Below, in pieces: positions 29,590 through 39,218 of a stretch of DNA of 64,000 bases; the stretch's first letter is position 1, and each line of letters starts with the position of its first letter. The notes beneath the pieces were generated by a model that was not told where the DNA came from, searched no databases, and was given only the letters and a program-made list of their open reading frames with translations. The stretch lies in the NCBI GenBank assembly GCA_050115495.1, contig JASFQK010000028.1:27623-91622 (forward strand), in the 5' to 3' direction. Both the position numbers and the translations under genes were made by a program. The DNA is from Phycisphaerae bacterium. GTDB taxonomy: Bacteria; Planctomycetota; Phycisphaerae; UBA1845; Fen-1342.

Positions 29590-30384
29590 CTAGAGGGCCT
29601 TGGCTTCCTCACGCAGCAACCGCACCAGCTCCTTGACGGCCTGCTCGGGCTCGCCGTCGAGCAGCTTCCCCGGCGGTCGCGCCGGCGGCGGCTCGAAGCC
29701 GCGCAGCTTCATGCCGCCGACACCGCCCGTCGCTTCGGCGAAACCAGCCACATCCTTGGCCGCCAGCACCTGCACGGGTTTCTTCTTGGCCTTCATCAGG
29801 TTGGGCAGCGAGGGGTAGCGCATCTCGCACAGCCCCTTCTCCGCGGTGAGCAGCGCCGGCAGCAGAACGTTAACCACTTCTTCGGCACCCTCGATCCGCC
29901 GATTCGCGACGAACGACTTGCCGTCCGCGGCGACTTCGAGCTTCACGGCCGCCCCGACGTGCGGAATGTCGAGCAGCTCGGCGAGCGCCGGTCCGACCTG
30001 ACCGGCATCGAGGTCGATCTCCTGCTTGCCGGTGATAATCAGGTCATAGCCGCCATCCTTGACAACGGTGGCGATCAGGGCCGCCGTTTGCAGGTCGTCC
30101 AGCGCCGCGAAGGCGTCATCCTGCAAGTGGATACCCTGATCCGCCCCGACGGCCAGCGCCGTCCGCAGGGCCTCGGCCGCCGTGGCCGGCCCGACGATCA
30201 GGGCCGTGACGCCTTCGACGTCCGACCGCTTCTCCTTGAGCAGAACGGCCTGCTCGATGGCGAATTCGTCGAACGGGTTGACGACCATCTTCACGCCGGC
30301 CCGCTCGATATCGCCGCCGTCCGCCCGGATTTTGACGGTCGTGGTCGAATCGGGAACCTGCTTGAGCACTACGAGAACCTTCAT
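29590..30384 (-). CDS. etfB: Electron transfer flavoprotein beta subunit
   Basis: LKQVPD, NPFDEFAIE, GKQEIDLD, RYPSL. Confidence 0.95.
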   Translation of the reverse strand: MKVLVVLKQVPDSTTTVKIRADGGDIERAGVKMVVNPFDEFAIEQAVLLKEKRSDVEGVTALIVGPATAAEALRTALAVGADQGIHLQDDAFAALDDLQTAALIATVVKDGGYDLIITGKQEIDLDAGQVGPALAELLDIPHVGAAVKLEVAADGKSFVANRRIEGAEEVVNVLLPALLTAEKGLCEMRYPSLPNLMKAKKKPVQVLAAKDVAGFAEATGGVGGMKLRGFEPPPARPPGKLLDGEPEQAVKELVRLLREEAKAL

Positions 30385-30609
30385 CGTTGCCTCCGTCAGC
30401 CTGGTTGGGAAGGGCCGGAGATCTGCACGCCGGCCACGGCAATCTTAGCGTTGCCGCCCCTCCGCGCAAAGAACCCCGATTGACGACCCGCCCCGTTTTG
30501 CGGCAAACTGCGCCCCGCTCGCGGCGACGGTGTGGCGCTGTGAGCCGTCGGGCCTCGCCAGTGTCTCCCGGCCAAACAGATTCCGGCTGCCAGCAGCCAA
30601 CGGAGCATC

Positions 30610-31506
30610 ATGCGGATTCGCGAACTGCTATCGTGCGGACGACTGAGTATTTCCTTCGAGTTCTTCCCCCCGAAGAGCGCCACCGGCTTCGCCCAGCTTC
30701 GCCAGGCCCTGGCCTCTCTGCACGAGCTGCGGCCCACGTACGTCTCGGTCACCTACGGCACCGGCGGCAGCACCCGCCGCCAGACGATCGACCTGGTCAC
30801 GCACCTGCGCGAGGAATACGGCCTCGAGGCCATGGCCCACCTCACCTGCGCCGGGGCCTCACGGCAGAGCCTGCTGGCCATCCTCCAGCGCCTCTCCGAC
30901 GGCGGTGTGGACAACCTGCTCGCCCTGCGCGGCGACCCGCCCGTGGGCAGCGGCCCCTTCACCCCGCACCCCCGCGGTTTCTCCCACGCCAGCGAACTCG
31001 TCGCCCTGGCCCGCGACCGTTTCGAGTTCTGCATCGGCGGGGCCTGCTACCCCGAAGGGCACGTCGAGGCCGCCAGCCCCGAGACCGACATCGACAACCT
31101 GCGGCGCAAGGTCGACGCCGGCTGCGAGTTTCTCATCACGCAGCTTTTCTTCGACAACCACAAGTATTTCGATTTTGTCGGGAAGGTGCGGGCGGCGGGC
31201 ATCGGCGTGCCCGTCATCCCCGGCATCATGCCCATCACCAACGTCGACCAGATCGAGCGCTTCACCCGCTACTGCGGCGCCACCATTCCCGAGCCGCTCT
31301 ATAGCGAATTGCGCAAGTTGCAGGATGACCGCCACGCCGTCCTCTCGCTCGGCGTCGCCCACGCCACGGCGCAGTGCGTCGAGCTGTTGCAGCGCGGCGC
31401 CCCCGGCCTGCACTTCTACACGTTGAACAAGTCCCCCGCCACGCGGACGATTCTCACCGCCATCCGCACGGTGTATCCGCCGGCGGCTCGTCCCGCCGGC
31501 TGGTGA
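30610..31506 (+). CDS. metF: 5,10-methylenetetrahydrofolate reductase
   Basis: SFEFFPPK, SVTYG, AHLTC, LALRGD, ITQLFFD, HFYTLN. Confidence 0.96.
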   Translation: MRIRELLSCGRLSISFEFFPPKSATGFAQLRQALASLHELRPTYVSVTYGTGGSTRRQTIDLVTHLREEYGLEAMAHLTCAGASRQSLLAILQRLSDGGVDNLLALRGDPPVGSGPFTPHPRGFSHASELVALARDRFEFCIGGACYPEGHVEAASPETDIDNLRRKVDAGCEFLITQLFFDNHKYFDFVGKVRAAGIGVPVIPGIMPITNVDQIERFTRYCGATIPEPLYSELRKLQDDRHAVLSLGVAHATAQCVELLQRGAPGLHFYTLNKSPATRTILTAIRTVYPPAARPAGW

Positions 31507-32512
31507 CCGCCGCATTCCGCAGCAATGCCACTTTCCGCCACGTCGAGCACAACGTCGCCAGACTCAGCGCCCCGACTAGCAGCGCGACTGCCGTCGGCAC
31601 CGTCCGGCCACCCAGCGCAGTAGACGCCGGCGAGAGCTGGGCCACCGTCGCCGACGCCGGCGCCCATCGCCCGGCGACGTTCATTCCGTCGACGAGCTGC
31701 AGCAGGTCCGCCTCAGGCAGCTTGCCGCACACGGCGAAGCCGCACGCCTGGCCTTCCCACTTCACGACGGTTACGTCGTGCGGCGCGTGGGCCACGTTGT
31801 ACTGCCGCTCGCGGTGCTGCTGGCAGCCGCCCGCCGCGCCGCACTGCGTACAGCCCGGCATGCGGCAGCGAGGTCGCATAGTGAAGACGGAGACGACCTG
31901 CTCCGGCTCGTCGGGCGTCTGCCCGGCGCGCTTGTAGTACGCGTGCAGCGTGCCGAACTCGTGCCGCTCGGGACAGTCACACACACCGGCGAATTGGTAC
32001 CCCGCCGCGGACAGGTCCGGCAAATGCACGCCCAGGTCGCACGAGCCACGCTGCTTCAGCGCGGCGACGACGTCGGTCCGTGTTCGGCCGGCCAGGTGAT
32101 ACGGATCGTGGTGGTGCTGAATGGCGCAATGCTCGTGAATCGCGGCCACGAGCTCCGGCTCCACAACCGGAGCGGCCACCGCGCTGCGGCCGGTCAGCGG
32201 GCCCCACGACACCATGAGCACCGCCGCGGCGGCCACCGCCGTGGTGAGGCCGATGATGCGTCGCCTCCACCGCCGCGACGCGGCCGGCCGCTGCGTGGAC
32301 AGTGCGCCGAGAATGCGGTCGCGCAGGCCGTCGGGCACCACCTCCGCTTCGAGAACCCGCCGCGTGGTCCGGCGCAGCGCCTGCCAGCGTTGCACGATCG
32401 CCCGGCTGTCGGGGTCGCCGGCGAGATGACCGGCGATTTCCGCCCGCAGCTCGACCGCGAGCTCCCCGTCGGCGTAGGCCGCCAGACTCCGCTGCAACTC
32501 TGCGGGCGTCAT
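31454..32512 (-). CDS. Membrane anti-sigma factor with Cys/His-rich extracytoplasmic domain
   Basis: LAAYADGEL N-terminus, TM helix, ATGA-coupled to the ECF sigma gene. Confidence 0.75.
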   Translation of the reverse strand: MTPAELQRSLAAYADGELAVELRAEIAGHLAGDPDSRAIVQRWQALRRTTRRVLEAEVVPDGLRDRILGALSTQRPAASRRWRRRIIGLTTAVAAAAVLMVSWGPLTGRSAVAAPVVEPELVAAIHEHCAIQHHHDPYHLAGRTRTDVVAALKQRGSCDLGVHLPDLSAAGYQFAGVCDCPERHEFGTLHAYYKRAGQTPDEPEQVVSVFTMRPRCRMPGCTQCGAAGGCQQHRERQYNVAHAPHDVTVVKWEGQACGFAVCGKLPEADLLQLVDGMNVAGRWAPASATVAQLSPASTALGGRTVPTAVALLVGALSLATLCSTWRKVALLRNAAVTSRRDEPPADTPCGWR

Positions 32513-33066
32513 GACGTCTGCTCGCCCCCCGTCAGTCGCTGCTCGCGAGCGAAGTCGCCCAGCGAGCGCGTAAGCTGCTGTCGCGCCCGGTGCAGGCGAC
32601 TCATCACCGTGCCAATCGGCACGTTCAGAATCCCGGCGATGTCCTGGTAACTCACTTCCATGGTGGCCCAAAGCAATAGCACTTCGCGAAACTCAGCCGG
32701 CAACTGGTCGATGGCTCGTTTCACTTCCTCATCCAGGCGCTCGTAGTCGAGGTCGGGTGGCGCGGACGAAGACCCGTCAGCATGCACCTGCTCAAGCGTC
32801 TGCTGGTCGACCGCCCGGGGGGCCCGCCTCATTCTTGCCTGGCGGTTGAGGAATGTGTTGTGCAGGATCTTCAGTAGCCACGGCTTTATGCCGAACTCGC
32901 GTATCTCGAACCGCTCGAAGGCGGCGTGCGCCTTCAGGTACGTCTCCTGGACCAAGTCCTCCGCCTCGTGCACGTCACGGCAGAGCCGCCGCGCCACGCG
33001 GAAAACCGTATCCAGGTGAGGTACAGCCAGCGCTTCGAACGAATGCTCGTGCTCGCCTGGCATCAT
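32509..33066 (-). CDS. ECF sigma-70 factor
   Basis: AEDLVQETY, WLLKI, SYQDIA...IGTVMSRLHRAR. Confidence 0.93.
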   Translation of the reverse strand: MMPGEHEHSFEALAVPHLDTVFRVARRLCRDVHEAEDLVQETYLKAHAAFERFEIREFGIKPWLLKILHNTFLNRQARMRRAPRAVDQQTLEQVHADGSSSAPPDLDYERLDEEVKRAIDQLPAEFREVLLLWATMEVSYQDIAGILNVPIGTVMSRLHRARQQLTRSLGDFAREQRLTGGEQTS

Positions 33067-33241
33067 CTGACCGTCGGTTCAGGCCGACGTTCCATGGTTT
33101 CTAACCCTGCAGCCCGGGATGTAATTCCCGACGATGCCGCCGATTATGCGGGAACGGCTGGCCCCCCGCCACCCCGACGTGCTACAATCCGGCTAATAGG
33201 GGCGCCAATCGCGTCAATCGGCGATACCGGGAAGGACCACC

Positions 33242-34171
33242 ATGATCGTACCACGTCTCGCCGTCGGTCTGGGCTTGGTGTGCTTCTGCGTGGCCGCGCC
33301 GCCGGCGGAACCTGCCGACGACGACGGGCCGCAGACCGTGCAGTTCAACGCCGCGGACGGCTTCTGGATCTACGCCGACTACCAGGCACCGACGTCGAGC
33401 TACGTGGAGGCGCCGATCGTGATCCTGCTGCACGCAGAGCAGGCCGACCGGCGTGCATGGGCTCCGCTGATACCGGCGTTGCGTGAGGCCGGCTTCGCCG
33501 TGCTGGCCATGGACCTGCGCGGCCATGGCGAAAGCAGCGACAGCGGCACGCGTCGTCAGGCCACCGAGCTCGACGCCCGGCTGTTCCGAGACATGCAGGC
33601 CGATCTGCGCGGGGCATACGACTGGCTGGCGGCACAGAAGGGGCTCGATCGGGCGCGGTTCACCTTGGTAGCCGCCGGTCGAACCGTGGGCGTCGCCACG
33701 AGCTACGCGGCTGCCGATTGCAGCGTTGATGCCGTGGTCTGCCTGTCGCCACAGCTCGGGCAGGAAGGACTCGACCCGGTGGCAGATCTCAGCCAGATTC
33801 ACGGCCGGCAATTGCTGTTCCTCGGGGCCCGCGACGAACGGCAGGTTTGTGAGACGCTGGCCAAGCGGACGAAGGGCGCCCGCACCTGGTTCTGCGACAG
33901 CGACAAGCACGGCACCGACCTGCTCGGCAACGCCCCCGACATCGAGAAGCAAATCGTGCGTTTCCTCGGCGACGCCGTCGGCCGGCCGTCCTCACTGACC
34001 GTGTACGGCAGCATCCGCAGCAACATCTACCACCAGCCCGGCTCCGGCTGGATCGCCGAGATTAGCCCAACGAACCTGCGCCACTACTCCTCGCCGCGCG
34101 AAGCCGAATCGCGTGGCCTCCGCGCCGCCCGCAGCGACGGCCCCCGCCGCCGCCGTTCGCCCTCGCCATAG
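33242..34171 (+). CDS. Secreted alpha/beta-hydrolase-fold protein with C-terminal Ada-like domain
   Basis: Signal peptide, VILLH, DLRGHGES, HGTDL; 'SNIYH...EAESRGLR' tail. Confidence 0.7.
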   Translation: MIVPRLAVGLGLVCFCVAAPPAEPADDDGPQTVQFNAADGFWIYADYQAPTSSYVEAPIVILLHAEQADRRAWAPLIPALREAGFAVLAMDLRGHGESSDSGTRRQATELDARLFRDMQADLRGAYDWLAAQKGLDRARFTLVAAGRTVGVATSYAAADCSVDAVVCLSPQLGQEGLDPVADLSQIHGRQLLFLGARDERQVCETLAKRTKGARTWFCDSDKHGTDLLGNAPDIEKQIVRFLGDAVGRPSSLTVYGSIRSNIYHQPGSGWIAEISPTNLRHYSSPREAESRGLRAARSDGPRRRRSPSP

Positions 34172-34331
34172 CCCGTCCGCGCGGAATCCGCCGGCGTGCA
34201 GGAACTTGTAACCGCCGCCGCTTTGCCTTGGCGCCGGCGCTTGACCCGGGCATAGTGCCCGCAACGATCGGGTCGGCGTGCCGTCCGCGCTCGAAGCGGA
34301 CATCCGGCCTCGGACAAGCGGAGCGTGTGCG

Positions 34332-35786
34332 ATGCATGTACAGATCAGGTGGGCGGCCGTGGCCATGTTTCTGATTCCAACCGGGGCCCGGGCCGATAAC
34401 CCGTGGACCGACGAAGTCGCCCCCGCCATTGCCAAGGCCACCGACGCCGGCACGGTCGAAGCCTACGCCGAGGCGCTCGACGTCACCTGGCGTGCCGACG
34501 ACTGGCTCGCCGCACTCCCCCTCGCCCGCGAGGCGATCGCCAAGCATCCGGAGGCGGCTGAGCTCCAGGCCCGCGCCGCCCGCACCTTCTGGCGAGCCGG
34601 GAACATCGCCGAAGCGGAGGCCACTCTGAAGCGCGTTCCCGGCCGAACGACCGACCGCGTCGCCCTCGGCATGATGATCGTCGTCAACCTGGCCCACGGC
34701 GACCGATCGGCCGCCCTCCGAGCCGCTAGCCACCTGGAGTCGCTCGACGACCTTACCGCCGAAGACGTCTTCGCCATCGTCACCGCCCGCTCGACGACCG
34801 GCCACCTCGACGGCATGACCGACCTGCTGCGGCGAGTCCAGGAGCTCACCGACCCGGCCCACGGCTACCCGGAACTCCACTTCGCCGAGCAACTGGAGGG
34901 CATGCCCGAGTTCTTCGCGGCCATCGGCACCGAACCGGTCAACCGCGTCTCCAAGTGCGGCTCCGCCCGCATGCCCGTCCTGCCGCTGTTCAACCTGCCC
35001 AGTTGCCAGGCTACCATCAACGGACACGGCCCCTACCGCCTGATCGTCGACACCGGCGGCAGCATCACCCTGTCGCTCGATTCCGCGGTCGCCGAGGAGA
35101 TCGGCCTCGAATCGATCACGCAATCCAGCGTCCACGGCGTCGCCGGCAAGACCGAAGCCGGTCAAGCACTGGTGGACGAGCTTTGCATCGGCGATATCAC
35201 CTGCCGCCGCGTCCTCACCCGCACGTTCGGCGTGCGGCAAGCCGTGGCCAACAGCGCCGACGGCATCCTCGGCACAGGCATCTTCAGCGACAACCGCATG
35301 GTGCTCGACTTCTTCGACGGCCGCCTGGTGGTGCAGCCCTCGACGGCCCGCCCCGCCGCCGGCCAGGAGCTCGACGCCCGCATCATCGGCGACGGCAAGC
35401 TGATCGCCTTGGCCACGCTGCACGACGAGCCGGTCGCGGCGTTGCTGGACAGCGGCGCGGACCTGCTCGCCGCCGCCCCTTCACGCCTGCAACGGCTCTA
35501 CCCCGGACGCGAGTTCCGCACCGCGTCGGCGGCGCTCCCCATGGGCGTCGGCAGCGAGCAGAACCCCGAGATCAGCCTGACCCCCGGCCTGGACTTCGCC
35601 ATCGGCGGGCGTTTGTACGAAAACTACGGCGGGCTCGGGCTGGACGTGCTCGACCGGCTGCTCGGCCCGCTGCTGGGCATGCAGACGGACGTCCTCGTGG
35701 GCATGCCGGTCATGCGTGAGATGAAGACGCTGAGCGTCGACTTCGCCCGCTGCCGCATGTGGGTGGACTGGCTCGATGAGCAGTAG
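34332..35786 (+). CDS. Secreted TPR + double retropepsin-like aspartyl protease
   Basis: LIVDTGG and LLDSGA motifs, DGILG, DVLVG. Confidence 0.8.
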   Translation: MHVQIRWAAVAMFLIPTGARADNPWTDEVAPAIAKATDAGTVEAYAEALDVTWRADDWLAALPLAREAIAKHPEAAELQARAARTFWRAGNIAEAEATLKRVPGRTTDRVALGMMIVVNLAHGDRSAALRAASHLESLDDLTAEDVFAIVTARSTTGHLDGMTDLLRRVQELTDPAHGYPELHFAEQLEGMPEFFAAIGTEPVNRVSKCGSARMPVLPLFNLPSCQATINGHGPYRLIVDTGGSITLSLDSAVAEEIGLESITQSSVHGVAGKTEAGQALVDELCIGDITCRRVLTRTFGVRQAVANSADGILGTGIFSDNRMVLDFFDGRLVVQPSTARPAAGQELDARIIGDGKLIALATLHDEPVAALLDSGADLLAAAPSRLQRLYPGREFRTASAALPMGVGSEQNPEISLTPGLDFAIGGRLYENYGGLGLDVLDRLLGPLLGMQTDVLVGMPVMREMKTLSVDFARCRMWVDWLDEQ

Positions 35787-35805
35787 CAGACGACGAGCGC
35801 GCGTG

Positions 35806-36198
35806 CTATCCGCCGCCGCCCGCCGGCTCCGTGGCTTTGCCGTCGAGATACGCCGGCCGGAGCAGCACCTGAACATCGACCGACTTGACACTGGGGGCGG
35901 CGCGGACAATCTCGGCCAGTCGCTCGGCGGTGACGCCCTCCGGCACGAGCCCGTACACGAGTACGGCCCCGTCGTCGTAATGCACATGCAAATAACTAGT
36001 CGCCCCCAACCCGAACGTGGTCACCAGCCGGGCGCGGATCAACCCCGCCGCCCCCTGGTCCACGACCGTGTCGCCGACGTGTGCCGCCGCCGCCTTCGCC
36101 CGGTCGGCGTTGGATTGCTCCGCCGGCTCCTGGACGAAGAAGTACCCGAAAAGCCCGAGCAGTCCCAGCGCCAGCAACGCAAGGGCCGTACGAATCAT
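35806..36198 (-). CDS. BON-like domain membrane protein
   Basis: N-terminal TM; 'IRARL...LHVHYDDGAVLVYG...PSVKSV'. Confidence 0.6.
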   Translation of the reverse strand: MIRTALALLALGLLGLFGYFFVQEPAEQSNADRAKAAAAHVGDTVVDQGAAGLIRARLVTTFGLGATSYLHVHYDDGAVLVYGLVPEGVTAERLAEIVRAAPSVKSVDVQVLLRPAYLDGKATEPAGGGG

Positions 36199-36330
36199 GA
36201 CTACCGTCCTCCGCGTCCTCGCCCCGGCACACATGCTGATTGTACCGCCGACGGCGGGGGATTCCTCTGTATGGCAACGCTCTAAGCGGCCGATAATATA
36301 TGGTTAGGAGCCGGACCGGGAGAACCGCCC

Positions 36331-36543
36331 ATGCCGCCCAGCCTGAAGTGGACCGACACCGAAGACATCGCCTTGCTCCTTCACGAGAATTTCCCGGACG
36401 TCGACCCGCTGACCGTCCGCTTCACGGACCTGCGGGACCGGGTCTGCGGGCTGGCCGACTTCGGCGACAAACCCGAAGCGTGCAGCGAAGGCAAGCTGGA
36501 GGCGATCCAGATGGCCTGGCTGGAGGAGTATCGGGGCGGCTGA
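36331..36543 (+). CDS. iscX: Fe-S cluster assembly protein IscX
   Basis: LKWTDTEDIA...DVDPLTVRFTDL...LEAIQMAWLEE. Confidence 0.9.
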   Translation: MPPSLKWTDTEDIALLLHENFPDVDPLTVRFTDLRDRVCGLADFGDKPEACSEGKLEAIQMAWLEEYRGG

Positions 36544-36668
36544 TTCGTCCCGTCGCCTGCTGGTGAACCGACTCCCGGAACGTGGTAAGATGGTAGCAGC
36601 AATGGATTGCACGCCTGGATCGACGCCGGACCGCCGTGTTGCGGCCCGGATATAGGAGATTTTTACCT

Positions 36669-37919
36669 ATGTTCCGCATGACGGTACTGTGCATGATGGT
36701 GGGGACGCTCAGTCCCGTACTGCCCCAGGGTTGTCCGGTTATCACGACGCCCGACGACACGAAGTTCGTCGATCGGCAGAGTATGACCGTCGACGTCAGT
36801 GGCCAGGTTACGGCCGAAGCCGACGACACGGTCGTGCTGACCGCCGTCGCCACCGCTGACGTGGCCGGCGGGGCCGTGACGTATAGCTGGCTCCAGATCG
36901 CCGGGCCCGGCGTGAGTCTCACCGGAGCCGACCAGGCCACCGCCAGCTTCGTCGCCCCCTCCCTGCCCGACGACCAGTCGTTGCGCTTCGTGGTCACGAC
37001 GACGAACGAACGCGGTGACATCGGCCGGGCTGATATCGAAGTGCTCGTCACCGCCGATCCCGACTACGGTGCTGCCGACGACACGACCAGCGACCGGGCC
37101 CCGATCGCCCGGGCCGGCCTGGACCAGACCATCGCCGAAGGCGCCCGCCACACGCTCGACGGCTCGAATAGCCGCGGCGACGACCTGACGTACGAGTGGA
37201 GCCAGGTTTCGGGAACAACCGTCGAGCTAAGCAACCCCGAGACCTACAAGGCGACGTTCGTCGCGCCCACCTACGAGGCCCACGGCGAAAACCGCCTCGA
37301 GTTCAACCTCGAAGTTCTCGACCGTCGCGATCGGCGGGACACCGACCGCGTGGTCATCACCGTCCGCGAGCGCACCGCTGCAGACGACACGACGCTCAAC
37401 CCGCAGGTCACCATCAAAACCACCATGGGCGACATCGTGGTCGAGCTCGACCGCGAGGCCGCCCCGATCACCGTGCAGAACTTCCTCGAATACGTCGCCG
37501 ACGACTTCTACGACGGCACCATCTTCCACCGCGTCGTCCCCGACTTCGTCATCCAGGGCGGCGGCTATGACGCCGACCTCGAGCACAAGGACACGAACGA
37601 CCCCATCGAGAACGAGTCGGACAACGGCCTGAGCAACGTTCGTGGCTCGATCGCCATGGCCCGAACCTCGGACCTCAACTCGGCCACGTCGCAGTTCTAT
37701 ATCAACCTGGTGGATAACACCGGCGTCGACGGCAACCCCGATCTGGATGATCTCCAGTACGCCGTCTTCGGCGAGGTGGTCAGCGGCATGGACGTGGTCG
37801 ACGCCATCGCCGCCGTCACGACGCACACCGAGGCCGGCTTCAACGACGTGCCCGTGGAGGACGTCATCATCACCGACATCGTATTCACCGCCGGCACGAC
37901 GCCCGCGGCAGAGCAGTGA
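36669..37919 (+). CDS. Secreted cyclophilin PPIase with two PKD/REJ-like Ig domains
   Basis: YSWLQIAGP / YEWSQVSGT; APITVQNF, FHRVVPDFVIQGG, IAMART, SQFYIN. Confidence 0.9.
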   Translation: MFRMTVLCMMVGTLSPVLPQGCPVITTPDDTKFVDRQSMTVDVSGQVTAEADDTVVLTAVATADVAGGAVTYSWLQIAGPGVSLTGADQATASFVAPSLPDDQSLRFVVTTTNERGDIGRADIEVLVTADPDYGAADDTTSDRAPIARAGLDQTIAEGARHTLDGSNSRGDDLTYEWSQVSGTTVELSNPETYKATFVAPTYEAHGENRLEFNLEVLDRRDRRDTDRVVITVRERTAADDTTLNPQVTIKTTMGDIVVELDREAAPITVQNFLEYVADDFYDGTIFHRVVPDFVIQGGGYDADLEHKDTNDPIENESDNGLSNVRGSIAMARTSDLNSATSQFYINLVDNTGVDGNPDLDDLQYAVFGEVVSGMDVVDAIAAVTTHTEAGFNDVPVEDVIITDIVFTAGTTPAAEQ

Positions 37920-37967
37920 CGCCGGAAAGACTGGGAACTAACCCGACCGCGACGACCGACGCACAGC

Positions 37968-39218
37968 TTACGCGTAGCGTACCCACCGCAGCAGCTCGCT
38001 GAGCGAGGGCGGCTTCCCGTACATCAGAATGCCCACGCGGAACACTTTCGCCGCCGCCCAGACGGCCACGACGACGCTCGCCCACAGCACGACCTGCGTG
38101 CCGACGAGCTGCCACAGCGGAATGTGCGGGTTGACGCACGTCCGCAGGATCATCACGAACGGCGTGATCGGCGGGATGAAGCTCAGCACCACGCTGAACG
38201 CCGAGTCCGGACTCTGCGAGATCGGGAACCACAGCACCATCGGCACGATGTTCAGGATCGTCACCGGCGAGGCCATGCTCTGCGCTTCCTTCAGCGTATT
38301 GCAGGCCGAGCCGATTCCGGCCAGGATCGCCGAGAAGAGCAGGAAGCCCGGCACGAAGTACAGTGCCGCCGCCGCCAGGAACTGCCAGGATACGAGCTGC
38401 CCCATACCTCGGGCCTGGGCCACAGCGTAGCCGACGCCGCCCCACACGCACAACAGCAGCACGCCGACGGCCACCATGCCGAGGATCTTCCCGGCCATCA
38501 GTTGCAGCGGGCTCACGGCCGACAGCAGCACTTCGATCACGCGCGACGACTTCTCTTCGAGCACGCTGGTCAGCAGTCCGTAGCTGATCTGCATGACGCC
38601 CATGAACAGCAGGAACATCGCCGCGAAGGGCGTCAGCAGCCGCGCGATCAGCATCTCCCGCCCCGTCGCGGCCCCTGTCTCCAGGTCGACCGTAAGCATG
38701 GGCACTTCGCTGCGCAGCGCACGCACCGCCTGGGGATCAAGCGGCGGCTCCGCCTGCTGACAGCGAACGACGAACACCGCCTCGTTGAGCAGCCTCTCGA
38801 TGTTCTTGCCAGCCTCGATCTGCTGGTCGCGGCGGGCAAGCTGGCAGGCGTCCGACGCGCCGAGCGCGTCCACGGGCACCACCAGGTAGCCGTACAGATC
38901 GCCTTTGCGCACTTCCGTGGACAGGGCGTCCAGGTCGGCGTCCGCCGGCTGCTCCTCCAGCACGAACGTGCGCTTCGGGTTCGCCGCGTTGTACTGCTCG
39001 AACTGCTGCCCCAGCGGCTCGGCCAGCAGGCCCGTGTGATCCACCAGGGCGATATGCCGCGGGGGGACTTGCTCGTCCTCGGTCAGCTTGCCGATCCAGT
39101 CGGCCCCGAACATGAAGCCCAGCACCAGCAGCGGCATGAGCACCACGGTGATGAAGAACGCCTTCGTGCGCACCGTCTCCAGGAATTCGCGAATGGCGAC
39201 GGTCAGGACCTTATCCAT
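37968..39218 (-). CDS. ABC-2 exporter permease (NatB-like)
   Basis: EEKSSRVIEVLLS, GKILG, multiple TMs. Confidence 0.9.
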   Translation of the reverse strand: MDKVLTVAIREFLETVRTKAFFITVVLMPLLVLGFMFGADWIGKLTEDEQVPPRHIALVDHTGLLAEPLGQQFEQYNAANPKRTFVLEEQPADADLDALSTEVRKGDLYGYLVVPVDALGASDACQLARRDQQIEAGKNIERLLNEAVFVVRCQQAEPPLDPQAVRALRSEVPMLTVDLETGAATGREMLIARLLTPFAAMFLLFMGVMQISYGLLTSVLEEKSSRVIEVLLSAVSPLQLMAGKILGMVAVGVLLLCVWGGVGYAVAQARGMGQLVSWQFLAAAALYFVPGFLLFSAILAGIGSACNTLKEAQSMASPVTILNIVPMVLWFPISQSPDSAFSVVLSFIPPITPFVMILRTCVNPHIPLWQLVGTQVVLWASVVVAVWAAAKVFRVGILMYGKPPSLSELLRWVRYA

